A DNA stretch of 44,276 nt, taken from Myxococcota bacterium (GTDB lineage: Bacteria; Myxococcota_A; UBA796; GCA-2862545). The stretch lies in NCBI GenBank assembly GCA_039208735.1, contig JBCCQY010000064.1, positions 1 to 44,276 of the forward strand, written 5' to 3'. The first letter of the stretch is position 1, and each line of letters starts with the position of its first letter. The notes below the pieces were generated by a model. That model saw nothing but the letters and a program-made list of their open reading frames with translations. It was not told where the DNA came from and did not search any database. Positions 1 to 9,281 of the stretch are shown in pieces. The position numbers and the translations under genes are program-made.

Positions 1-173
1 CGTCGGTCTCCACCGTCCGTGCAACGTGGACGCCCGATGCGCAGGGGCGGATGTGGCTCGAAGTGTCGGCGGTGGTGCCCTTCCAATCGCTGTTTGGCAT
101 TGTCGCGAGTACCGATGTTTCGCGATCGTTCGTGCTATACACCCAGGAGCAAACCGACCCGAGCGCACCCTGA
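1..173 (+). CDS. 3' end of a gene truncated by the window edge, possibly the C-terminus of a TadE-like protein
   Basis: Frame 3 is open from the edge to TGA 171-173: ...RMWLEVSAVVPFQSLFGIVASTDVSRSFVLYTQEQTDPSAP*. The TadE resemblance is weak. Confidence 0.4.
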   Translation, partial: SVSTVRATWTPDAQGRMWLEVSAVVPFQSLFGIVASTDVSRSFVLYTQEQTDPSAP

Positions 174-205
174 GGCGCGTTCATCGCCATCGGCGAGCCG
201 TACCC

Positions 206-1249
206 TCAGCGCGCCTGGGTCGACACGGTCGTCCAAAGGGGGAGGTTCGAGGGGGCTTGGCCGGGAAACCGAACTTGACCGGACGTCCCCAGCGTGACGA
301 CCTCGTCTTCCTCAAGTTTGCGGAGCCGCCCTGAACGGAACAGCGTCGCTGCTCCGCGGCCCTGGATGGTCCACACCCGCTCCCGAATGCCCCCCAGCCG
401 TTCATCGAAGATGGCGACCGCGTGGAGTTCGAGGCTCCCCTTTTCCGTCAGTTCGCGACCATCCTCGGAATTGTCGTCGGGCAAAAAGCGGTCGGCGGCT
501 CTTCCAAACCGTCCCTGCAGACCATCCCGGGACGGGCGTCCAATGAGGCCCATCTCCGTCACGACGCCCACTACGACGGTCCGCTCCGCTTGGGCGAGGG
601 TCTGGATGACCCGCTGACCCTCGTGTTCGTTGGCGTAGTGCACTCCTTTTTCAAACCCGTACGAGCCGAAGTTGCGATTCAGCTGCAGGAGCGGTTCCAT
701 CGGGGTGCTCCATTCCGCGCCGTCCTTCCAGCCACCTTCCGGAAACTCGATGTGGAAAGCCTCGAGTGCGGGGCCGATCACTTGACTGGCGAGTTCCTTT
801 GTGTCGGGTTGTTCCTTTGCGATGGTGATCGTGCCGAGTTCGTGAACCCGAAACCGAATCGCGTGGCCTTGCAACTCCGTGGCGGCAAGGGCCAGGAAGC
901 GGTCCACCCGTTTGCGGTCCTTTGGGTGTTGCCAGTGGTCAACGGTCACGATTCGCATGGCGGCTTGCTCCACCGTGCATTCGACCCAGCCCCCGCGACG
1001 CTTGGGATCGGTGACCGTGCACTTCACGATGGCCTCGGCCTGCCAGGCGGGTGCGATGAACGACTGTCCGTCCAGTGAAAGTCGCATCGGATGGCCCATG
1101 GTCTCGCTCGTGACCCACCACCGCGTGTTCTGCCAAGGGGCGAGGGCATCGCCATAGACGATGATCGAGGCATCCGCCTTTTCGGTCGCCGGGGACTGTG
1201 CCTGCGCCACTCCGAGGTCGACACCCAAGCAAAGAAGCCAATGTACCAC
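206..1249 (-). CDS. Secreted hypothetical protein, paralogue of 34323-35246
   Basis: 347-aa ORF with an N-terminal signal-like segment (..LGVAQA). It shares several motifs with the protein at 34323-35246. Confidence 0.8.
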   Translation of the reverse strand: MVHWLLCLGVDLGVAQAQSPATEKADASIIVYGDALAPWQNTRWWVTSETMGHPMRLSLDGQSFIAPAWQAEAIVKCTVTDPKRRGGWVECTVEQAAMRIVTVDHWQHPKDRKRVDRFLALAATELQGHAIRFRVHELGTITIAKEQPDTKELASQVIGPALEAFHIEFPEGGWKDGAEWSTPMEPLLQLNRNFGSYGFEKGVHYANEHEGQRVIQTLAQAERTVVVGVVTEMGLIGRPSRDGLQGRFGRAADRFLPDDNSEDGRELTEKGSLELHAVAIFDERLGGIRERVWTIQGRGAATLFRSGRLRKLEEDEVVTLGTSGQVRFPGQAPSNLPLWTTVSTQAR

Positions 1250-1317
1250 CGCCCCTCCAGACTGCCTTATTCGGTGAACGATGACCGACCGACGTTAACC
1301 AATCCGCACGCGTGGGG

Positions 1318-3843
1318 TTAAGGCCGGCGTACCAGTCGAATCCCAAGGAACGGATTGCGAGTATCGTCGTCGAGGGGCGGACGACTGCAGAGCCGGGCTT
1401 CCCATTTGCGGCTCCCCCAAGATGCCCCTCGGCCGACGCGTCGTTCGGTCCCTACCGCGAGGCGCGCAAGGTCGGGAGGTTCAACCTGATCGGTCGATCC
1501 TCGATCTTCGAGACACCAATTGCGAACATTGCCCACGACGTGGCGCATGCCGTACACGCTACGGTCGACGGGGAAAGCATCCACGTCTGCGAAGAAGGTG
1601 CTCCCGGTTCGGCTCGTGGGCCTCGACGTGCGCATGTTGGACCAGGAGGGATCCTGGTGATCGCCCCAAGGCAGGAGTCGTCCGTCGACCCCCCGTGCGG
1701 CCTTTTCCCACTCCAGCTCAAGCGGAGGGCGCCACGGGTGGCCGGTCTTGGCGGCCAGCCACGCCGCATAGGCCACTGCACACGGCCACACAAGCATCGT
1801 CACCGGCCCGCGAAGGATGAGATTGTGGCCGTTGGGCGAGACGGTCGGAACGAATCGGCCGCGTTCGTCCCGTTCGACGAGCCGGTCGGGCTGGTCGGTT
1901 TCACTTAGGCCATCGCCGGTGCGCACGCCGAGTGGAGCCAGGGTTCGAGCCTCCTCTTCACGGCCCTGCGCGACCAGGTCGTCAAGGAACTCGAGGTAGG
2001 CCTCCGTGGTCACGCTGTGTTGCTGGATGATCAGGGCATCGCACCACAGTCGACGGGGCGGGTGGGCGAAGATCGTCGCCGGATCGCCCCCCGATTGAAA
2101 CCAGCCCGCGGGTACGTAAAGCTCGTCGGCTCCAAGGGTGCCAGACTCGAACAACCGGATCGGGAGGGGGGTCTTCGTTCCCGGACGAATCCCGTCCCAG
2201 TGGGCCTGGCGCGAGATCGAGACCGGGTAGCGCACGTCGTCGAAGCCAGGCTTGCGCAAGATGCAGAGGTAGCTGCCCATGGCCAGCGGATGAGCGACGA
2301 GTGGGGTCGTGCCAAGCGAGGCCTCAAACTGCGGCACGAGCCTGCGGTTCTGCAGCACGTAGCGATGAAGGAGGACCTCTGCGCCAGGGGGATCCGTCAC
2401 AAGAGAGAGTGCGCCAATGCCCTCGAGGTAGGCCGCGTAGCGTCCCGCGGAGTCATGTTCCTGGATTCGGACGGCTTCCTGCGCTGCGCCTGTGGCATCT
2501 CGAGCCGCTTCCGCCTCGCGATGACGGGCCGCATGGTGGTCGGCTAAGCGATGATGGGCTTCCTCAAGGGTGGGGACGCGTTCCAACGCGCTCGCCAAGG
2601 TCTGCAAACGGCGGGCCTCGAGCAGGCTTGCGGCTTGGCGAAGGGCGGCCGCCCGGTCGGCCTTCTCCCAATGCGGCGCCTTCGTCGACTCATCTGCCCA
2701 CGGCGGGAGGGTGGCGAGGGCCTCGTCCGCTTCCGCCGCGAGCTGATGTGCCTCGGCGAGCTGGACTCGCTGGTCGGCGTCTTGACGGTCGGCACGGGCA
2801 ATCAGTTCGAGGGCTTCGGTTCGAAGGAGTTCTCCGTCGAGCCACGCGCGGGTCTGGTCTGCGAGATGTGCCGCCTCCTCAAGCCGCTCCGCGGGCTCCC
2901 GTGCCATCGCTGCCTCACAGAGGGCCGCCAGCGCCGGCGGGGTATTCGGAGGCAGAGCCGCTGGAGGACCCCTGCGCACCTGATCCAGGACCGCCCCCGG
3001 GTGGGTGGCGACGTACGGGTCTCGCCCCGCCAAAATGGCGTACAAGATGGCACCCAGCGCGTACACATCGGTGCGGGGCTCGGCGGACGCCCCTAAGAGG
3101 CGCTCAGGAGCCAAGTACGCAGGCGTTCCGGCCAAGCTCGATGGATCCTGTTGCACCATGCGGGCGAGCCCCCAATCCAGCACCCAGGTCTCACCGGACG
3201 TGCCGAGCATCACGTTCGAGGGCTTTAGATCGCGGTGGAGGATGCCCCGGGTGTGGGCGAAGACCATCGCCCGACAGATCTGTTCGAAGGCCGTGACCAA
3301 ACGGCGGAGCGTCCAACCCTCGGCATGGTCGATGGCGCGGGCGAGTGTTTGCCCTTCGATCACGGCCATGGTGAGGTAGGGTCGGCCATCGGGCAGTTCC
3401 CCTCGCTCATAGACGGGCACGATGTTGGGGTGCTGCAACGAGGCCTGGATCTGGGCCTCGGCCACGAACCGCTCGGCCATGCGCTGGCGATGGGCATCGT
3501 CGGGGTGGGTGTGGTGCTGCGTTTGCAGAAACTTGAGGGCCACCCGACGGTTGAGGAGCGGGTCGTGAACCTCGCGGACCTCTCCGATACCGCCCGTCCC
3601 GAGCAGGCGATGGTCCTCGTAGCGGGTGCCCAAGAGCGGGGCGGGGCTGGGGCCCTCGCCTTCCAAGCCGTGAAGGTTCATCGGAGCCGAAGCACGAGCT
3701 TCGAACGCGAGAAAGGACTGCACTGCGGCATGAAGCGGCGGATCGCGGTCGGACAGCTCCGACAGCCACGCCGCGCGTTCGGCCACGGAAAGCCCTTGGA
3801 CGGCGACGAAGGCAGCCTTCAGATTGGCGAACGAATCAGCCAT
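1318..3843 (-). CDS. Ser/Thr protein kinase fused to a C-terminal FGE-sulfatase (SUMF1-like) domain
   Basis: Hanks kinase motifs LGTGGIGEV, VALK, HRDLKPSN, DWG, GTPAYLAPE and DVYALG. FGE-domain motifs EWEKAARG, PWGD, GNVRNWC and RGASW. ATG at 3843 overlaps the ECF stop codon (ATGGCTGA). Confidence 0.93.
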   Translation of the reverse strand: MADSFANLKAAFVAVQGLSVAERAAWLSELSDRDPPLHAAVQSFLAFEARASAPMNLHGLEGEGPSPAPLLGTRYEDHRLLGTGGIGEVREVHDPLLNRRVALKFLQTQHHTHPDDAHRQRMAERFVAEAQIQASLQHPNIVPVYERGELPDGRPYLTMAVIEGQTLARAIDHAEGWTLRRLVTAFEQICRAMVFAHTRGILHRDLKPSNVMLGTSGETWVLDWGLARMVQQDPSSLAGTPAYLAPERLLGASAEPRTDVYALGAILYAILAGRDPYVATHPGAVLDQVRRGPPAALPPNTPPALAALCEAAMAREPAERLEEAAHLADQTRAWLDGELLRTEALELIARADRQDADQRVQLAEAHQLAAEADEALATLPPWADESTKAPHWEKADRAAALRQAASLLEARRLQTLASALERVPTLEEAHHRLADHHAARHREAEAARDATGAAQEAVRIQEHDSAGRYAAYLEGIGALSLVTDPPGAEVLLHRYVLQNRRLVPQFEASLGTTPLVAHPLAMGSYLCILRKPGFDDVRYPVSISRQAHWDGIRPGTKTPLPIRLFESGTLGADELYVPAGWFQSGGDPATIFAHPPRRLWCDALIIQQHSVTTEAYLEFLDDLVAQGREEEARTLAPLGVRTGDGLSETDQPDRLVERDERGRFVPTVSPNGHNLILRGPVTMLVWPCAVAYAAWLAAKTGHPWRPPLELEWEKAARGVDGRLLPWGDHQDPSWSNMRTSRPTSRTGSTFFADVDAFPVDRSVYGMRHVVGNVRNWCLEDRGSTDQVEPPDLARLAVGTERRVGRGASWGSRKWEARLCSRPPLDDDTRNPFLGIRLVRRP

Positions 3844-4441
3844 GGGCCGATCCGAGGTGTTTGCGGAGCCAGGTGAGGGCAAAGGCCCACTCGCTTTGGA
3901 CCGTTGCCCGACTGATCGCTAGAGCCTGCGCCACCTCGTGCGCGGTGCTCCCGCCGAACACGCGAAGCTCCACGATTTCAGCCACCCGAGGGTCCAAGGT
4001 GGCGAGTCGATCGAGGAGCGCGTGGAGAGTCAGGACGTCGATGTCGACGCCGTCTTCTGCAAGGTCGCGCTCGGAGTACGTCACCCGCACCAGGTTACCG
4101 CCTCGTTTGTCAGCCTTTCGGGCCCGGGCGCGATCGACGAGCACATGGCGCGTCACGTACGCCACGAGCCGTCGCAGGTGCTGATGGTCCTCGATGCTAA
4201 GGCTCTGACCTTCGACGAGTCGGAGAAAGACCTCGTTCGCGAGGTCGCCGGTCTCTAGGGAGTTCGCCCGCTCGCGTCGCAGAGCGCGATGAGCGGCGTG
4301 CTGGAGTACCCCCAGGAGCGCCGACGACGAAAGCGGTAGGTCGCGTCCTTGGCTTAGCAGTGCCCGGAGGTCGTACGAGTCCATCAGCGTCCCGCTAACA
4401 TGCGCGCCAACGCCGGGTTCATCGAAGCCTGGAGGAAACAT
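3836..4441 (-). CDS. ECF sigma-70 factor (TIGR02999 / kinase-associated type)
   Basis: Motifs DLANEVFLRL, RHVLVDRARARKADKRGG and AEIVELRVFGGSTAHEVAQALAISRATVQSEWAFALTWL. Alternative start at ATG 4384. Confidence 0.92.
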   Translation of the reverse strand: MFPPGFDEPGVGAHVSGTLMDSYDLRALLSQGRDLPLSSSALLGVLQHAAHRALRRERANSLETGDLANEVFLRLVEGQSLSIEDHQHLRRLVAYVTRHVLVDRARARKADKRGGNLVRVTYSERDLAEDGVDIDVLTLHALLDRLATLDPRVAEIVELRVFGGSTAHEVAQALAISRATVQSEWAFALTWLRKHLGSAHG

Positions 4442-4494
4442 TGGACAGTTGAGGCACCGGCTTCGCCTTCTCGGATGACCCCGTGAGGTGAAAC

Positions 4495-5454
4495 ATGGCG
4501 CTGCGTTCGTTCCTGGTATTGCTGTTCCCGATGCCCGCTCTTACCTCTTGCTTCCTCCCCGATTGCCAAGCCGTGTACTACGACGATGACGATGGCGATG
4601 GGTTTGGGGTGGGCCAAGGAGTTCCCAAGTGCCCTGCGGCCGTCGATCGCAATGACGTGATGGTGTCGGGGGACTGCGATGATCAAGACCCCAACACGTT
4701 TCCCGGGGCTCCCGAGACCTGCGATGGCATCGATCGGGACTGTGACGGAGAGCTGCCACTCGACGTCGTGGATTTTGATGCCGACGGGTTTTCGGTGTGT
4801 GATGGGGACTGCAACGACGCAGACCCCATGGTGTTTCCGGGGGCTCGGGAGCGCTGCAACGCGATCGATGACGACTGTGATGGGGCCATCGAGTCCGACC
4901 TGCTTGCTCTGGACCAGGATGACGATGGGTTTACGGGCTGCGACGGAGATTGTGAAGACACCAATCCCCTTGTGAATCCCGGGGCGAAGGACCTCTGCAA
5001 CGGCATCGATGACGACTGTCGCGATGGGGCCGACTCTCTGCTTGACGTCTTCGAACCCAATGACTCGGCGCGGGAAGCGGTCTTCTTGGGCTCGGGGTCC
5101 GCGCTCTCCGAAGTGGTCATGGGTGCGTTTTCAAGTGTGGACGACCCCGCGGACTGGTTTGAGGTCGAAGCGGTCGACAAAGAGAATGTGTTCCTGCAGT
5201 TCTTTGCGATCGATCTCGTCCTCGAGATCCAGGAGTCCGACCTCGAGGCGAGGGTTAGCCTCCTCGATGAGGCAGGCCAGGTCCTCGCTTCCGATGAGGC
5301 GCAGGGTCCCTATGGCGTGGCCTTCGTGTCGCTCGAGGCCCCCATCGGAACCGACGAGGCCTACACGGGCATTTACCGCATCGAAGTTACGCCGCTGGGT
5401 GGCGCGCCGAACTGCGAGGCCCGCTACACCCTGTTGGTAGACGTCAGCGACTAA
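4495..5454 (+). CDS. Lipoprotein with MopE-related putative metal-binding repeats and a C-terminal PPC-like domain
   Basis: Signal peptide with lipobox LTSC. Three repeats of DxDxDGF..GDCxDxxPxxxPGAxExCxxIDxDCxG. FEPNDS motif precedes a beta-sandwich-like segment. Confidence 0.88.
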   Translation: MALRSFLVLLFPMPALTSCFLPDCQAVYYDDDDGDGFGVGQGVPKCPAAVDRNDVMVSGDCDDQDPNTFPGAPETCDGIDRDCDGELPLDVVDFDADGFSVCDGDCNDADPMVFPGARERCNAIDDDCDGAIESDLLALDQDDDGFTGCDGDCEDTNPLVNPGAKDLCNGIDDDCRDGADSLLDVFEPNDSAREAVFLGSGSALSEVVMGAFSSVDDPADWFEVEAVDKENVFLQFFAIDLVLEIQESDLEARVSLLDEAGQVLASDEAQGPYGVAFVSLEAPIGTDEAYTGIYRIEVTPLGGAPNCEARYTLLVDVSD

Positions 5455-6055
5455 GTGCGTGGACGACCGCCGCATACGCAGCGTTGGCGACCTCGACGGA
5501 TAGGGCAAACGTCCGAATCGGCGCTCCGGTGGGCGTGTAGGCGAACCGACGCCAAAGGGCCAGACTGTGCTCATCACCAGACCGGCCTTCGATGCGTTCG
5601 GCCAGGTCGTAGATGTAGGCCACCAGTGCGGCGTCCCGGCGCAGAGGGAACTCGGAGACGAGCGTTCGGGCTCGTGCCGCGTCGAGGGGCTGACGTTGGT
5701 GCCGAGCTACTCGCATCAACGCGTGAGCCGAGGCCTCGGTCGCGGCGCGCTTGGCGCGGCTGCCCAAGCGTCGTGGCCGCAGCGCGGACGCGCGCACCAA
5801 ACGGGCACAAAGCGGGCAGAGGCATCCATGCAGAGGAGCCAGATGTTGGCCGGGATTGTCGCGTAGCTCAAACGAAACCAGCAGGTAGGAGCTGAAATAG
5901 CTCGCCATCTGGCGTAGATAGGTGGCGTCGTCAAGCGTGGGGGGCCGCGCCTCGTTGGGCAGGAATGCGTACAGCTCTCGAATCCAGGTTTCCGCCGCTT
6001 CGATGTCATCGAGGGAGTGGCGAACGAGGGGAACGGGCAACTGCGTCCGGTGCAT
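5444..6055 (-). CDS. Hypothetical protein with a CxCxxC motif
   Basis: 203-aa ORF filling the gap between flanking genes; contains GCLCPLC. Confidence 0.65.
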   Translation of the reverse strand: MHRTQLPVPLVRHSLDDIEAAETWIRELYAFLPNEARPPTLDDATYLRQMASYFSSYLLVSFELRDNPGQHLAPLHGCLCPLCARLVRASALRPRRLGSRAKRAATEASAHALMRVARHQRQPLDAARARTLVSEFPLRRDAALVAYIYDLAERIEGRSGDEHSLALWRRFAYTPTGAPIRTFALSVEVANAAYAAVVHALSR

Positions 6056-6189
6056 CGCATTGCGAAGCCATCTCAGCAGCCGGTAGCTGCGGCGTTGGAT
6101 GTCGATGGCTCGTGAGATGTCAATGTCGAAGAAGACCTCCAGGTTTGGTGAGTGGGGTCTAACGCGTAGGATGCGCCAGGAGGTCCTGC

Positions 6190-6585
6190 ATGCCTGAAGT
6201 CACCGCTGTCGTTGCTGCGATTTGCGCGCTGTTCTACGTCGCGATGAGTGCCGACGTTGCCTACCTGCGCAGACACCATCGGGTCGCCCTGCAGGGCCTC
6301 GGAGACAACAAACACGTCACGCGTGCGGTGCGGGCCCATGGCAACTTCTCGGAGTACGTTCCGCTCGCCCTACTCCTGATGCTGATCATGGAGCAAATGG
6401 GGATTCCAAAGTGGGCGGTTGGACTCGCCGGGGGAACGCTTTTGTTGGGGCGGCTCCTGCACTGGATTGGCATCAAAGGGTCTTCCGGGCCCTCCACCGG
6501 TCGCCTGGCGGGCATGGCGCTGACGTGGACCGCATTGACGGGCGAGGCGTTGGGACTCCTCGGCTGGGTTTTCGCGAATCAGTAG
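6190..6585 (+). CDS. MAPEG family membrane protein
   Basis: RAVRAHGNFSEYVP and GRLLH motifs, four hydrophobic helices, SD-like GGAGG upstream. Confidence 0.92.
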   Translation: MPEVTAVVAAICALFYVAMSADVAYLRRHHRVALQGLGDNKHVTRAVRAHGNFSEYVPLALLLMLIMEQMGIPKWAVGLAGGTLLLGRLLHWIGIKGSSGPSTGRLAGMALTWTALTGEALGLLGWVFANQ

Positions 6586-8174
6586 CGTTCGAGGTGCGCG
6601 CGTGCGGAGGGCAGTTGGGCATGTTCGAGGGCGAGGGCCTTGAACTCGCGCTTCGCGGACCCCTTCTCACCGCTCGCTTCGAGCCGGACCGCCTCGGCCC
6701 ACACGTCTTGCGTCTCGCGGGCCAAGGCTTCGAGGACCTGCCGCCAGCTCGCCAGCACCTGTTCTCGGAGGGCGGGCTGTTCGGTCTCGCGAATGAGGTC
6801 GGCCAACATGAGAGCCGCTTCGTCCACCTCGCCCAGTTCAACCTTCGACTGCGCCTGAGCGGCCTTCTGTTGTTGCTTGACGAGGGCCTCGGGTACCTCT
6901 TCGAGTTCCTTGATGACCAACGGGTCCGTCGAGAACTTGTTGCGCAAGGTAAACCAGGCCTTACGGCGTTTGCGCTGTGACTTTGACTTCAATTGTTTGA
7001 GATAAGTGTCACGCTCCCGGATGGCCCGGCTCTTCACTTCTTCGCGACGCGAGAATTCGGTGTCCAGCTTCTCGAAGACAAGCGCTTCGCCGGCCGCGAA
7101 GGTGAACTTTCCCAAATCCGAATTGCTTGGGTCGCGATTGAGGGCGCGGTAGAAGTCCTGCAGGGCAGCCCGATGGTCTCCATTGGTCATGTTGTCGCGG
7201 CCCTGGCGGAACAGCTTGGCGGTCGTGCTGGAAGGCAGGTTGGGCAAGTCGAGTCGCCAACGCGGGGGCGTCGGCGTGTAGGCGATCGCGGATTCACTAC
7301 TGCCATACCACCACACCGCGAGCCCGACGACGATGAGGAAGGACACGAACGTCCCGCCCCCAACCACCAACAGAGCGACCACCCGAAGAATCGCGTTTGA
7401 TGTGGCCTGGATGCCTTGTGGTTTCGGTGTTGCACGAGAGGGAATCGCGGGCTGGCTTGGGGCAGGCTGACTCGGAGGGGGCGTCCGCGGAGGCGGCCGA
7501 GGAACGCTGGGCGCAGGAGCGGGGCGGGGCGCGCTCTGCATCGAAAACCGCATCTCGGTATTGCCGATGCGAATCACGTCGCCGTCGGCGAGTACGCATT
7601 CTCGAATGCGAGTACTGTTGACATAAAGGCCATTGGCGCTGCCCATGTCTCGAAGGACGTAGTCTGTGCCTCGCGGCGAGAGTGTTCCATGGTGGCGAGA
7701 CGCGGCAGGGTCAGAAATGACAACATCCCGCTCGTCGGCACGCCCGATCGACAAGCCTTGGGCTGTGATCGGGAAGGTGGTGCCGGCGCCTCCCAGCAAC
7801 TGGAGGCTCGCGGTAGCGGAGGATGCTCCAGCGTTGGTCGAGGCTCCATGGACCCGGAATCGCAGCACGAAGGGGTCGATCACGTACTCGTGACCGTCCG
7901 CAATCGACTGCCGCTGGATGCGCCGACCCGCTTGGTACGTGCCGTTTCCGCTTCCCAGATCTTCGAAAGTGACATCGTTGGGGCCGACCTCGATCTGAGC
8001 GTGACGACGCGACACGCCCGCATCAGAAAGCACCACCTCGTTGTCGTCGGCGCGCCCGAGGCGGGTCAGGCCAGGGGCTAAGGACACGATGCGATCGGGT
8101 TGGTGCGGGGTCTGGATGACCAGCTCGACAGATGTGACCCTGGGAGCGTCAACCGACCGGCGCTCTCGATGCAT
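6579..8174 (-). CDS. Double-FHA domain membrane protein with a Pro-rich linker and C-terminal helical/TPR-like region
   Basis: Two FHA motif sets: GR..SRRHA..DLGSGNGT and GR..SRHHG..DMGSANG. Then a Pro-rich linker and one TM helix. ATG 8174 is preceded by GGAGGT. Confidence 0.9.
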   Translation of the reverse strand: MHRERRSVDAPRVTSVELVIQTPHQPDRIVSLAPGLTRLGRADDNEVVLSDAGVSRRHAQIEVGPNDVTFEDLGSGNGTYQAGRRIQRQSIADGHEYVIDPFVLRFRVHGASTNAGASSATASLQLLGGAGTTFPITAQGLSIGRADERDVVISDPAASRHHGTLSPRGTDYVLRDMGSANGLYVNSTRIRECVLADGDVIRIGNTEMRFSMQSAPRPAPAPSVPRPPPRTPPPSQPAPSQPAIPSRATPKPQGIQATSNAILRVVALLVVGGGTFVSFLIVVGLAVWWYGSSESAIAYTPTPPRWRLDLPNLPSSTTAKLFRQGRDNMTNGDHRAALQDFYRALNRDPSNSDLGKFTFAAGEALVFEKLDTEFSRREEVKSRAIRERDTYLKQLKSKSQRKRRKAWFTLRNKFSTDPLVIKELEEVPEALVKQQQKAAQAQSKVELGEVDEAALMLADLIRETEQPALREQVLASWRQVLEALARETQDVWAEAVRLEASGEKGSAKREFKALALEHAQLPSARAHLERY

Positions 8175-8475
8175 CAGACCTCCTCGGCGCCACGACGTAC
8201 CGCGAGAGGTCAGATGTGACAACGGCGCGGACGCTATGGTCGACGTAATTCACAACCGGTCCAAGTTCCATACGGCGCCTGGATCGTGGGTCTGAACAAA
8301 CGTTGAGGGTATGGCAAGATCTGTAGCGAATGGCAATTTTTTGGCGCAGATTTTAGAGCAAACGCCGCAAGATCTGCGTACAGTATTCACGTTGTTGGGT
8401 TCGAGGCGTCACGGAGTTCTGTTCAATAGGTCGAATCGTCCAGGTTCAGAGCGATTGTGAAGCGCGGAGAGGACC

Positions 8476-9159
8476 ATGAGCGATGCGACACCAAAGGCTG
8501 CGTGGCAACTCCGTTCCTGGCGGTCGAACGCCGATGCGTGGGCCGAGGTCATTCGGACCCATGGGATCGCGAGTCGAACGGTCACGAATCGTGCCATCGC
8601 CGAGGCGGTAAGGCGAGTCGACGCCGACCGAGCCGTTGATCTTGGCTGTGGTGAAGGATGGTTGGTGCGGACGCTTCTCGAGGACGGCATAGACGCCATG
8701 GGCGTTGACGCTACCGAGGAGCTGATTCGACACGCTCAGACGTCGGGCCCCGGACGCTACGTGGTGGCGACCTACGATGAGATTGCCGAGGGAGCCCTCG
8801 GTGAGCTGCGCACGGACTTGGTCATCAGCAACTTCGCGTTGCTTGATGAACTGGGAACGGCCCGTCTCGTCCACCACGTTCCCAAGCTATTGAGGCCCGC
8901 AGGGACATTTCTCATTCAGACGGCTCACCCTTGGTCGGTGGGAGGGCTCTACCAGTCGGGTTGGCGAACGGGGTCTTGGGAAGGCTTTGGCGACGCGTTC
9001 GTCGACCCTGCGCCATGGTACTTCCGGACCCTTGCGAACTGGTTGACGCTGTTCACTGCAGCAGGGCTTCGGCTCATCGAGGTGCTGGAGCCCATGTCGG
9101 ATGCAACAGGCCAGCCCGCCTCCATCCTCTTCCGGCTGCAGACGGACGCCTTACAGTGA
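8476..9159 (+). CDS. Class I SAM-dependent methyltransferase
   Basis: Motif I VDLGCGEG, GVD, and LLRPAGTF. Confidence 0.92.
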   Translation: MSDATPKAAWQLRSWRSNADAWAEVIRTHGIASRTVTNRAIAEAVRRVDADRAVDLGCGEGWLVRTLLEDGIDAMGVDATEELIRHAQTSGPGRYVVATYDEIAEGALGELRTDLVISNFALLDELGTARLVHHVPKLLRPAGTFLIQTAHPWSVGGLYQSGWRTGSWEGFGDAFVDPAPWYFRTLANWLTLFTAAGLRLIEVLEPMSDATGQPASILFRLQTDALQ

Positions 9160-9281
9160 ATGTAAGCCGACGTTGCAGGCGATCGGGCGCTCAACGAAAG
9201 ATGAGGGTTCCCTCCCGAGGCCGACGACTCCATGCAGGTCGGGACAGGCCACTTGCAAGGCCGAAGTAGTACTCCCTTGTC

